Below are positions 30,927 to 40,536 of a DNA stretch of 64,000 bases, piece after piece (positions within the stretch are counted from its first letter, which is position 1; each line of letters opens with the position of its first letter). The DNA comes from Candidatus Zixiibacteriota bacterium (GTDB lineage Bacteria > Zixibacteria > MSB-5A5 > GN15 > JAAZOE01). Below the pieces are notes generated by a model. The model made no database searches and was not told the DNA's origin. It saw nothing but the letters and a program-made list of their open reading frames with translations. The position numbers were made by a program, and so were the translations under genes. The stretch covers positions 233,950 to 297,949 of the forward strand of contig JBDREQ010000073.1 of NCBI GenBank assembly GCA_043819555.1, given 5' to 3'.

Positions 30927-32153
30927 ATGAAAAAAACACTTATCTTATTATCAACAATTGCCTTTTTTATAATTTCCTGTAGCGAGCGCTCTTCAGAAAA
31001 GACAACTCTTACCTGGTGGCATTTCTGGACTGATACAAACATACGACCCGTAATCGAACAAATTGCCGCCGATTTTGAATCGACTCACTCGGATGTGAAA
31101 GTTGAATTGGTTGATTTAACCTGGGCTGACGGGCACGATAAAATCGCCATTGCCTTCTCTTCAGGTACCGGCCCGGATATTGTCGAACTTGGTTCGGATT
31201 GGATACCGGAATTCTCTTCGACAGGCCATCTGTACAATATTACTCAATTGACTGACAGTATAAGAAACAAATATTTAATGTGGGAACCGGGGAAATACGA
31301 CCAAAAGTATTATGCCTTCCCCTGGATATTGGGTACACGGGTGTTATTTGCCAATCTTGATTTATTAGAAAAAACCGGATACACTCGCGATTATTTCCCT
31401 TCAAATTGGAATGAATTACTTGCCGCCTCTGAAAAAATAAACGGCATCTCTGAAGATATATATGGATTTGGTTCTAATTCCGCCGAGCGGCACCGTCTTT
31501 ATAAAAAATTCCTGCCCTTCATGTGGTCAAACGGCGGCCGTATACTTTCAAAAAATCTTGATAGTTGTCTATTTGATTCGGATGAGACTTTAGATGCCTT
31601 GAATTTTTATAAAAGACTCTGTCAAACAGGCTTGACCGATACGCAAAGACGCCTTGAAGATGCCTTTTTGGAAGGCAAAATCGGATTTATCTTATCCGGT
31701 GATTGGCTTCTCAAAAGAATCTCCAGAGAAAAACTAAACTTCGCTTTTTCAACTAATCTAATTCCGGGACCGGACGGAATGGACAAATCGATTTCATTTG
31801 TTGGGGGCGAATACTTGTGTATTAATTCAAAATCATCTCAACCGGAATTGGCTTTTGAGTTTATTAAATTTGTTTGTTCACCGGAAAATCAAATTAAGTT
31901 CTGCATGCAAAATAATACTCCGACTCCTTCTTCCATAGATGCCGCTCAGGATTCCGTGCTACTCTCACAGCCGCATTTTGAAACATTTATAACCCAGATT
32001 AAAAACAGCCGTCTGCCTCCCCCTCATCCCCAGTGGGTTTATATTGAAGCTGAAATTGAAAAGGCGATCGAAGCTGTTTTGTATGACTCCAAAACAACAG
32101 AAGATGCAGTGAATGATGCTGCATGCAAAATTAGGGAACTAATAGCCGAGTGA
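30927..32153 (+). CDS. Carbohydrate ABC transporter substrate-binding lipoprotein
   Basis: Lipobox IISC; WWHFW, GPDIVELG and FVGGEYL; family 1 SBP pattern. Confidence 0.9.
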   Translation: MKKTLILLSTIAFFIISCSERSSEKTTLTWWHFWTDTNIRPVIEQIAADFESTHSDVKVELVDLTWADGHDKIAIAFSSGTGPDIVELGSDWIPEFSSTGHLYNITQLTDSIRNKYLMWEPGKYDQKYYAFPWILGTRVLFANLDLLEKTGYTRDYFPSNWNELLAASEKINGISEDIYGFGSNSAERHRLYKKFLPFMWSNGGRILSKNLDSCLFDSDETLDALNFYKRLCQTGLTDTQRRLEDAFLEGKIGFILSGDWLLKRISREKLNFAFSTNLIPGPDGMDKSISFVGGEYLCINSKSSQPELAFEFIKFVCSPENQIKFCMQNNTPTPSSIDAAQDSVLLSQPHFETFITQIKNSRLPPPHPQWVYIEAEIEKAIEAVLYDSKTTEDAVNDAACKIRELIAE

Positions 32154-33022
32154 AATCAAATCGTAATATAAACGGTTGGTTATTGTTCTCACCCTGGATT
32201 TTGACCTTTTTTATTTTCTGGCTGTTTCCTTTAATCTATTCACTTGTTTTAAGCCTGACCGATTATCGCCTGCTCGATCCATCGATTAACTGGATTGGGT
32301 TTTCTAATTATCAAAAACTCTTCAACGATCCGGATTTCATTCTATCGCTAAAAAATAGCTTTGTCTTTGTAATAGGAACCATCCCCTTCACGACAATAAT
32401 TTCTCTGGGACTGGCACTCCTTTTGAATACCCAATTTCGCGGACGTACTTTTTTCAGAGCCTCCTATTTTATGCCATCGATTACATCGATGGTTGTAATA
32501 GCTCTTATTTTTTCGAATCTCTATGCCCGTGGAGGATATATCCATCTTCTTGCTCAACTTATAGGTTTTGATCCGCCTGTTAACGGATTTCTGCTATCAC
32601 AAAATACCGCGCTGGCATCAATTATGGCTATGGACATATGGATGGCTTCCGGTTATTATATGCTTCTGTTCCTGGGAGGATTGCAGACCATCCCCAACGA
32701 ATTATATGAAGCAGCCCGCATGTCAGGGGCGTCGCGCTGGCAGCAATTCCGGTATATTACTCTTCCTATGCTAAAACCGGTCACACTCTTTATAATCGTC
32801 ATCAACAGTATCAAATCATTTCAAGTCTTTGTCGAAATTTTTGTTATGACCAAAGGCGGCCCGCTCAATTCAACTTTTACCGGCGTCTATTTCGTTTATG
32901 AAACCGGACTGCGCCAATTCAATTTTGGTTATGCCTCAGCCGCCGCTTATGTTCTTTTCGCGATTATTGGGATAGTTTCAATTATTCAATTCAAAACTCT
33001 GCAAACGAAATGGCAGGCTTGA
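32150..33022 (+). CDS. Carbohydrate ABC transporter permease
   Basis: LYEAARMSGAS EAA loop and MTKGGP. Confidence 0.92.
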   Translation: MKSNRNINGWLLFSPWILTFFIFWLFPLIYSLVLSLTDYRLLDPSINWIGFSNYQKLFNDPDFILSLKNSFVFVIGTIPFTTIISLGLALLLNTQFRGRTFFRASYFMPSITSMVVIALIFSNLYARGGYIHLLAQLIGFDPPVNGFLLSQNTALASIMAMDIWMASGYYMLLFLGGLQTIPNELYEAARMSGASRWQQFRYITLPMLKPVTLFIIVINSIKSFQVFVEIFVMTKGGPLNSTFTGVYFVYETGLRQFNFGYASAAAYVLFAIIGIVSIIQFKTLQTKWQA

Positions 33023-33023
33023 T

Positions 33024-33803
33024 ATGTTGGGGAAATTTATAAAATACGCATTTCTCCTGCTGATATTTTCTATCATGATCTTTCCCCTGATTCGCATGGT
33101 CGCGATGAGCTTTTCAACTCCGTCCGGCAATCTGAGTTTTGCAAATTTCCAATATATCTTTGCCTCGAATAATTTTGGACTTTATTTGTTCAATTCTCTT
33201 TTCGTGGCCATAGTCGTTACAGCGGGCAATATCGTATTTTGTTTCATGTGCGGTTATGTTCTCGCTCGCAAGAAAATCCTCGGTTCCAAATTCTGGCTCT
33301 ATACAGTCATTATAGTCCTTATGATCCCGGTCCATATTGTGATTATCCCCGTTTATATGTTGATGAATAAACTTGGATTATACGACAGCTATTGGGCCTT
33401 GATTCTGCCCTGGCTTGTAAATCCGATTGGAATATTCTTGGTCAAACAATATATATCGACTCTTCCAGTATCATTAGAAGAAGCAGCTCGAATTGATGGA
33501 GCAGGCGAATTCCGGATAATTTTCAAAATTGTAATGCCACTTTGCCGTCCTGCGCTGGCCATTCTCGCCATTCAGGTATTTATGACCAACTGGAATAGTT
33601 TTCTTTTCCCTTTCATCCTCATTTCATCAGAACAATATCGCACTCTCCCCGTTGCCTTAGCCCTTCTTCTTGGTTATCAATCGATTGACTGGTATCAATT
33701 AATGGCCGGGTCGGTCATTGCGGTCGTTCCCATAATGGCCGTATTTTTTGTCTTTCAAAGACAGATTATCTCCGGCATTACCGAAGGCGCTTTCAAACAA
33801 TAA
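33024..33803 (+). CDS. Carbohydrate ABC transporter permease
   Basis: LEEAARIDGA, WNSFLFP and FQRQIISG. Confidence 0.92.
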   Translation: MLGKFIKYAFLLLIFSIMIFPLIRMVAMSFSTPSGNLSFANFQYIFASNNFGLYLFNSLFVAIVVTAGNIVFCFMCGYVLARKKILGSKFWLYTVIIVLMIPVHIVIIPVYMLMNKLGLYDSYWALILPWLVNPIGIFLVKQYISTLPVSLEEAARIDGAGEFRIIFKIVMPLCRPALAILAIQVFMTNWNSFLFPFILISSEQYRTLPVALALLLGYQSIDWYQLMAGSVIAVVPIMAVFFVFQRQIISGITEGAFKQ

Positions 33804-33892
33804 TATTTCTTGAAAAATTGGTTGACATTGAATCGCCAATAATATTTTTTTCAACCCGAAGGAACAAATGTATCTTTACCAGGAGGGACCTA

Positions 33893-34498
33893 ATGAAGTC
33901 GAAAGGTTTACTTTTAATTATTCCTGCTATGGGAATAGTTGCGTTAATGCTTTTATCCGGATGCGGCGCTTCAAAAACCTATGTTGACGAGGCGGTAGCA
34001 ATGGAAAAAGACAGGAGCGAGGCCTCCGTTAAGAGTGCGGAAGCCAAAATTACCGAGAATAAAGCCACTCTGGAACAATTGCAATCTCTTACCAGACAAT
34101 TGGAATCAAAAACCGATATGGCGATAAACGAAGCCAAAGGGTTTGAAAGTTACAAAGTTGTTTGGGAAGGCGAAATATTCTTCGATTTTAATTCTGCGGA
34201 ATTAACTGTTGCCGCTCAGGAGATAATCGATCAGGCGGGCGATAAAATGACTGGAGATAGAAAATCAGTTATGGAAATCGCCGGCTATACTGATCCCACC
34301 GGAAGCGCCGCGTATAACACCGAATTGGGCTCCAAGAGATCCGCTGCGGCCAAGTACTATCTGGTTGACAATTATGGCGTAAATCTCTATCGTATATTCA
34401 CCGTCAGCCACGGCGAAAACAAAGCGGTTCAAAGCGGTGACGGGGGCGTCTCGTATGCCAAACAGCGCAAAGTGAAATTGACTCTCTGGGCTAAATAA
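33893..34498 (+). CDS. OmpA-family peptidoglycan-associated lipoprotein with an N-terminal coiled coil
   Basis: Lipobox LSGC; FFDFNSAEL, GYTDPTGS..YN..L...R and SHGE; aggagg RBS before ATG 33893. Confidence 0.88.
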   Translation: MKSKGLLLIIPAMGIVALMLLSGCGASKTYVDEAVAMEKDRSEASVKSAEAKITENKATLEQLQSLTRQLESKTDMAINEAKGFESYKVVWEGEIFFDFNSAELTVAAQEIIDQAGDKMTGDRKSVMEIAGYTDPTGSAAYNTELGSKRSAAAKYYLVDNYGVNLYRIFTVSHGENKAVQSGDGGVSYAKQRKVKLTLWAK

Positions 34499-34508
34499 AT
34501 TCGCACGC

Positions 34509-34536
34509 AAAAAAGGCCGGTTACCCCGGCCTTTTT
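34509..34536. terminator. Bidirectional intrinsic terminator
   Basis: aaaaaa-ggccgg-ttacc-ccggcc-ttttt between the convergent OmpA and MscS genes. Confidence 0.8.
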
Positions 34537-34537
34537 C

Positions 34538-35641
34538 TTATTCAATTCCAGGATTAGGCTTATATTTTTTACCTCTATTCGGATCGACCAAATAAACGAC
34601 CCGCTGAGGAAATGGTATCTCGATGTTTTCCTTTGCGAATATTTTATATACTAATTCTCGCACCGCATGACCGGTTCGCCTCTGAATTGAATAATCATCG
34701 ACATAAACATTTAGCCTGAAATCAAGCGAGGATTCACCAAAATTAATGAATTGCACAAATGGCGGCGGATCTTTTATAACGTCCGGATGGCTGTGGGCCG
34801 CCTCGAAAAGCAATTCCCGAACCCGATCAATATCCGATCCATATGCTACTCCCACGTCAATTCGAACCCGAATTTGAGGCGCCGGATATGATAGATTATC
34901 AATTGTCATCTTTGATATTTCCGCATTGGGAATTATAACCAAAGTATTATCACGAGTTAAAAATTTCGTTGAACGCAGTCCGATTTCATAGACATCAAGA
35001 ATGCGATTTTCAGTTAACGTTACCCGGTCCCCTACTCGAAACGGCCGGTCAAGCATCAAAACAAACCCCGCGATCATATTGGCCAGTGTATCCTGAGCGG
35101 CCAATGCAAATGCCAGAGATGACACTCCCAGAACTGCCACCAGACCTTTAACATCAATATTGAAGTGGGATAATACCGCCATAAGGACCAATACAAATAT
35201 AATGACTTTCAGGCTTCGTGAAAATATCGGAATGAATTCATCATCAAATTTGGTTTCGGTTTTGGCTGCTATATTCCTGGCATACCAGGTCGTGAGCGAT
35301 TCGGCGATTCTGATTATTAACCAACCGCCCAGAACCATCGCGAAGGTGAATGCAACGCCAAGCAATAATTCATAAGTCCCCTCGGATATGAAGGAAAAAG
35401 ACTTATGCAGATATTTAATCTCATAATAAAGCCCGCCAACTATTATTAGACTAAAAACCGGTTTGGATACTGCCTCAATAATCAAATCATCAAGATTACT
35501 GGCGGTTTTGCGAGCCATTCTATGGGCAACAAAACTTAGAATCATACGGACAAAATATGCAACAATAATCGTCCCGACCAAAATGCCAACAGACATTATT
35601 AGTTTTTCCGCCCAAAATGGAATTCCATATTGTTCGAGCAT
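34538..35641 (-). CDS. Small-conductance mechanosensitive channel (MscS family)
   Basis: AAQDTLANMIAG, RPFRVGD, IGLRST, IPN, VGVAYGSD and IEIPFPQ. Confidence 0.93.
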   Translation of the reverse strand: MLEQYGIPFWAEKLIMSVGILVGTIIVAYFVRMILSFVAHRMARKTASNLDDLIIEAVSKPVFSLIIVGGLYYEIKYLHKSFSFISEGTYELLLGVAFTFAMVLGGWLIIRIAESLTTWYARNIAAKTETKFDDEFIPIFSRSLKVIIFVLVLMAVLSHFNIDVKGLVAVLGVSSLAFALAAQDTLANMIAGFVLMLDRPFRVGDRVTLTENRILDVYEIGLRSTKFLTRDNTLVIIPNAEISKMTIDNLSYPAPQIRVRIDVGVAYGSDIDRVRELLFEAAHSHPDVIKDPPPFVQFINFGESSLDFRLNVYVDDYSIQRRTGHAVRELVYKIFAKENIEIPFPQRVVYLVDPNRGKKYKPNPGIE

Positions 35642-35649
35642 AATTCCTC

Positions 35650-37338
35650 CTAAAATTCTATTACGACCCCGGAAGAATTAAATCTTGAACGCACTCTAAT
35701 TGTATCGGGGTGAATTGTAAACGGCTCTGAAAGAATATAAGGGAGTATCGAGCCCATCTCGAATGAATTATTCGAATTCAGATCAACGAATCCGGAAATC
35801 GTGTAATATCCCGGTAATAACTCCTTTGAGTAATCCACTTGCCCTCGCCTAAAAGATAAACTATCCACAATCCCGGTCTTTGTATTATTTAAAGTCAAGA
35901 TTCCGGGATATCCGGCCAAAACGCTGTCAGAATATTGAATTACTCCGGAGATTTGTCCCAGAGTATCTTTTCCGATAGTCTGAAATCGTAAATCAATCAC
36001 CGTATCAGATAATAAATTCCCGCTCCAATCTCTTATATTTTCGCCAACCAATCGAATTGTATAATCTTTTAGAAAATCCAAATTGAGATTGGATGAATTT
36101 TGATACACAAATGAAGTCACAGGGGCTAAATCAACTACTTGAGAATCGGTTTCGGATGCAATCAGCCATAAGGCGGGTTTTGCAGTATCTATTGTTATTG
36201 GTTCGGAAAACATAAAAATGAAATTATCCCCCGGAAAGACATTTTGCGCTCCGTCAAAAGGCGCTGATCTCAATATTGTTGGAGAGGCGATATCTTCCCT
36301 TTCAACAGACTCAAAATCAAAATTGACATATCTTAATGTATCATGAACCTCAGCGTCCAATAGCCTTCTGTCAAGTCTCATAATATACTCTTCTCCATCC
36401 TCCATCGCCTCAGGAAGCAATATAAAATCGGGGCAGGGAAAGGGCACAAGATTGATATACGCTTTAACTTCGACAGTATCAGCCCCTGACGATATATTAA
36501 GATTGGAAAGCAACGCCTCACTTTCCTTCTCCATTAAAGGCCGTGAAAATCGAAGCTTTAATAAATTATCCTGATTCAAAGTTGCTGAGCGGAGTGCAAA
36601 GTACTTATCTCGAGCCACATGAATTTGAATATCAATCCCGTTCAAATCGTTATTGCTCTCATCGAGAACAATCCGCTTATATGGTATCCCATAACATTCC
36701 TGGTCAGGATTTATACGTCGATTTTTATTTCGGTCATCAAAAGCAACTATTTGATAATTTTGCGGAGGAATAAAATTAAACGAATATTCACCGTTCTTGC
36801 CGCTTTGTGTAATATAATCCGGGATCAGCGAATCAACCGAGTAAGATTTATCTTCAGGGATTTTTCGAAACATGCCAACATTTATTCCCGAAAGTGGTTT
36901 TCCATCTTTGTAAACGATACCCGAAATGGATCCCGTATCAATTGCAACGCCGGTGGAAAACGCCAGCCCAATCGATTGTGCCAAATTTACGTTGTGGGCG
37001 TCTTTAATATCCGTTCCCAGAGTAATCAAATAGGTAGTATTCAATTTCAAAGAATCTTTAGGAATAATTGTAATCTTCTGGCCGCTTATTTGAATTTCTG
37101 GCTCAGGCGTCATTTGAGGCGTTATAAAAACCGATTTCAAAACCGTCCGGGAATTTATTTTTTCAGAAAATTCAATTATTATGCGTGAATCAAGAGGGAC
37201 GTTTATATCGCGCGATTTTGGCGCAGAAGATACGACTTCAGGCGGAGTGCGATCGATGGGTCCACCCGGAGGACCGACTGATTTGGCGCACCCCATAAAA
37301 AACAGTAAGGAGATCAGTATTGTAAATATATTTTTCAA
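35650..37338 (-). CDS. Lipoprotein with Ig-like (Big_5-type) domains
   Basis: Lipobox FMGC; PPGGPIDRTPP and two FSE-containing Ig-like repeats. Confidence 0.75.
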   Translation of the reverse strand: MKNIFTILISLLFFMGCAKSVGPPGGPIDRTPPEVVSSAPKSRDINVPLDSRIIIEFSEKINSRTVLKSVFITPQMTPEPEIQISGQKITIIPKDSLKLNTTYLITLGTDIKDAHNVNLAQSIGLAFSTGVAIDTGSISGIVYKDGKPLSGINVGMFRKIPEDKSYSVDSLIPDYITQSGKNGEYSFNFIPPQNYQIVAFDDRNKNRRINPDQECYGIPYKRIVLDESNNDLNGIDIQIHVARDKYFALRSATLNQDNLLKLRFSRPLMEKESEALLSNLNISSGADTVEVKAYINLVPFPCPDFILLPEAMEDGEEYIMRLDRRLLDAEVHDTLRYVNFDFESVEREDIASPTILRSAPFDGAQNVFPGDNFIFMFSEPITIDTAKPALWLIASETDSQVVDLAPVTSFVYQNSSNLNLDFLKDYTIRLVGENIRDWSGNLLSDTVIDLRFQTIGKDTLGQISGVIQYSDSVLAGYPGILTLNNTKTGIVDSLSFRRGQVDYSKELLPGYYTISGFVDLNSNNSFEMGSILPYILSEPFTIHPDTIRVRSRFNSSGVVIEF

Positions 37339-37357
37339 TGGCCTCCTGCCATCTTGA

Positions 37358-38971
37358 CTACTTCATTTTCTCCTCAATATCAATTCTGCCTGAGTCTAAT
37401 TCAAGAGCCTTTTTATAAAACCTTTCGGCTTCACCCATATTCCCCAACGCCTTATAAATATCTCCCATATGCTCGAATATAATGGGATCTTTAATATTCT
37501 GGTTTATGGCCTTTTCCAACTCTGACAAAGCCAATTGAAAATTACCCAACCGATACTGAACCCAGGCATAACTATCTATATAAGCCCCATTATCTGGCGA
37601 AATCGCCAGAGCTTTTTCAATTAACTCAAGTGCATACTCCAGCCTAATCCCGGCATCAGCCAGCATATATCCAAGATAATTCAGAGTTGGAGCATGGTCA
37701 GGAGCAGTTACAAGTATTTTTTCAAAAACATCCACCGCTTCATGAAGTTGATCCGTTTGCTCATAGGCCGAACCCAATGCGAAATATATCCGGTTACTAT
37801 CGATTGAGTTCGACATATAATTAATCGATTGCTTATAAATGCTGATACTTTTATCAAGACTATCTCTTTGCCGGTAAGAATATGCAAGATTCAGCCAGCT
37901 ATCCACATACGAGCTGTCAAGCATTATAGATTGATGAAAATACGCTTCAGCCTTATTGTAATGTTCCCGCTCCATTGCTATAAGTCCAAGATAAAAATAA
38001 TTGACCAGATTTTCATCACCAAAATCAATTCGTTCTTGGAATAATGAATCTGCGCTTTCCAACTGTCCCAGGGTGTATAATAATCGTCCATGCCGACGGA
38101 CAGCATCCCAATCTGACGGTACCAGGGCAATTAGATTTTTTGAATCTTCCAAAGCCTTTTCATAATCATTTTGATTAATATGCATCGCCATTATTTGGCG
38201 AAAAATACGAACATTGCTGGGGTCAATCGCAATGGCTTGATTCAATATCTCTTCTGCCTGTGCAGTCGAATCCAAAACCTCATAGGTCGTTGCCAATCCC
38301 AAATATGCATTTACATTGCCAACCTCGCCATTTAATTCAACCGATTTTTTGAAGGCTGCCAGGGCTTCTTCGTACTGCCTTTCCTGCCCCAGCAAAATCC
38401 CCAGCTCGTGCCAGATTCTATAAGTATCTGACAACCGCGCCAATTCATAATATGATGCAATTGCCGAATCGAAAATATTATTGTGGCGATAATACCCCGC
38501 CAGATACCAGTGAGCATTTATGTTATCATTGTCGAGTTCAGTCGCCTTTCGGTAATAAGAAACGCCTTGCTTATACCGATCCGTCATTCGATAACAATCG
38601 CCTATTAGTAAATATATTTCTGAATCCTTTGGCTCAATCAGCTTCGCTTCGTTTAAGGCTTCATTTAATCGATGCATTCTGAATAATAGACGAGCGTAAT
38701 CTGTCCGAATGGTTTGCGATTCAGGCAAATATACCAGGGCTCGCTCATATTCAAGCAAAGCCTCCTGCTGGGCGCCAAGCATTTCCATTAAATTGGCGTT
38801 TGTAAAATGATTATATCCGGCAAGCTGATCTCGCTCAGACACTTCCTGTCGCTGTTCTTCAATAATCGGAAGAACCTTTGTCTTGCCACCGGCGCAGCCC
38901 GATACCCACACTGAGAACATAGACAAGCCCAGAATAATAATTAATCGATATAGCCCGGATTTATTTTTCAT
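37358..38971 (-). CDS. TPR-repeat lipoprotein
   Basis: Lipobox VSGC; repeated TPR helices; LNYLGYMLAD...YIDSYAWV C-terminus. Confidence 0.88.
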   Translation of the reverse strand: MKNKSGLYRLIIILGLSMFSVWVSGCAGGKTKVLPIIEEQRQEVSERDQLAGYNHFTNANLMEMLGAQQEALLEYERALVYLPESQTIRTDYARLLFRMHRLNEALNEAKLIEPKDSEIYLLIGDCYRMTDRYKQGVSYYRKATELDNDNINAHWYLAGYYRHNNIFDSAIASYYELARLSDTYRIWHELGILLGQERQYEEALAAFKKSVELNGEVGNVNAYLGLATTYEVLDSTAQAEEILNQAIAIDPSNVRIFRQIMAMHINQNDYEKALEDSKNLIALVPSDWDAVRRHGRLLYTLGQLESADSLFQERIDFGDENLVNYFYLGLIAMEREHYNKAEAYFHQSIMLDSSYVDSWLNLAYSYRQRDSLDKSISIYKQSINYMSNSIDSNRIYFALGSAYEQTDQLHEAVDVFEKILVTAPDHAPTLNYLGYMLADAGIRLEYALELIEKALAISPDNGAYIDSYAWVQYRLGNFQLALSELEKAINQNIKDPIIFEHMGDIYKALGNMGEAERFYKKALELDSGRIDIEEKMK

Positions 38972-39008
38972 ATATTATATAACGCTAAAAGGCTTGATTA
39001 TTTCCAAA

Positions 39009-40226
39009 TTATTTTACAATTTTGAAAAATCTTCTTTTCCCAACCTTAAAAAGCATCCCTTCTGTTAGGTCCAGCTCAAGACTTTCATCACTAATTCTCT
39101 CATTATTTAAATAGAGGCCGCCGCCATTTATTAAACGCCTCGCCTCCCCCCTGGAATTTACCATTTTTGTCTCAGTCAATAGCTTTACAACCCAGATTTT
39201 TTCCCCAAAATTGGAAATTTTGAATTCGGGCATATCGTCGGGAAGGCCTTTGTCAGAAAAAATTCTTTCAAATTCCTCGCAGGCTTCTAATCCTTTTTCT
39301 CGACTATGGTACATTGATACGACTTCGATCCCCAGTTCCTTTTTTATCTCCATCGGATTCTGGTCATCCATTGAGAGTTTTTTCTTCAGATCAGCAAGAA
39401 ATAGTTCATCAACGTCGGTAATCAGCTCATAATAACTGTAAATTAAACTATCGGGAATTGACATAATTTTGCCAAATATTTCTTTCGTAGATTCATCGAC
39501 GCCGATATAATTGCCCAGTGATTTACTCATCCGATTCGTCCCGTCAATTCCGACCAGAATTGGCAGCGTCAGGATACATTGCGGTACCTGGCCATAAGCC
39601 TCCTGGATATGGCGTCCGGCAACCAGATTAAATTTCTGCTCGGTCGCCCCGATTTCAATATCGGCCTTTATCATGACCGAATCATAAGCCTGCATCAGAG
39701 GATAGAAAAATTCATGAACCGCGATAGGCAACCCGTCCTTATAACGCTTATCGAAATCATCGCGCTCCATCATCCGGGCAATAGTGAACTTGGACGATAA
39801 ATGCATAACCTGCCTTAAATCCATCTTTTCAAACCACTCACCATTAAAATGAACTTCGGTTTTGGAACGATCGACAATCTTAAAAAACTGCTTCTGATAA
39901 GTCTCGGCGTTTTTCATTAGGTCATCATAGGAAAGTTGCGGCCGGGTAGCTGAGCGCCCAGAAGGATCCCCCACTAATCCGGTAAAATCGCCTATTATCA
40001 GAACTACTTGATGACCCAAATCCTGAAACTGCCTGAGTTTTCTCAATCCGACAGTATGACCCAGATGAATATCAGGAGCGGTTGGATCAAAACCCTGTTT
40101 GACCCTGAGCGGCTTATTTTCTTTAATCGATTTTTTTAACTTCTCAATAAATTCATCTTCGGGCAATAGCTCAACTATGCCCTTTTTGATAATGCCCAAT
40201 TGTCGCTGTATTTCATTGTCACTCAT
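39009..40226 (-). CDS. tyrS: Tyrosine--tRNA ligase
   Basis: GFDPTAPDIHLGH, YPLMQAYD and MSKS motifs; C-terminal S4 domain. Confidence 0.97.
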   Translation of the reverse strand: MSDNEIQRQLGIIKKGIVELLPEDEFIEKLKKSIKENKPLRVKQGFDPTAPDIHLGHTVGLRKLRQFQDLGHQVVLIIGDFTGLVGDPSGRSATRPQLSYDDLMKNAETYQKQFFKIVDRSKTEVHFNGEWFEKMDLRQVMHLSSKFTIARMMERDDFDKRYKDGLPIAVHEFFYPLMQAYDSVMIKADIEIGATEQKFNLVAGRHIQEAYGQVPQCILTLPILVGIDGTNRMSKSLGNYIGVDESTKEIFGKIMSIPDSLIYSYYELITDVDELFLADLKKKLSMDDQNPMEIKKELGIEVVSMYHSREKGLEACEEFERIFSDKGLPDDMPEFKISNFGEKIWVVKLLTETKMVNSRGEARRLINGGGLYLNNERISDESLELDLTEGMLFKVGKRRFFKIVK

Positions 40227-40536
40227 AATATTATAGTCGGCAAATCCCTTCTGTTTTTCAACGATTTATCGCTCATCCTATAATAACAGATGAATAATAT
40301 AGTCGTTTGCAATCCAATTTGGAACATATTTCTCACACTAAGAATTAAAAATATGGAGATGCCTTTATTTGAGCCAAATTGCGAAAGGACCCTAATTAGA
40401 AATATCATTGGCCTCCTTCTCAGATTCCGATACTGAATGCAAAATAATGTTAAATAATCTTTATTCTCAGAAAATTGTATAATGCACAAATGACGTTTTT
40501 TATTGATAATTAGTCTCAACAGAATTAGCTTTTCAC

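Noticed and set aside
30927..33803. Sugar ABC cluster lacking an ATPase as a defective system
   Set aside because: CUT1 transporters commonly share an unlinked MsmK/MalK-type ATPase.
40223..40519. 98-aa ORF between tyrS and PBP1A
   Set aside because: AT-rich divergent promoter region; no RBS or recognisable motif.
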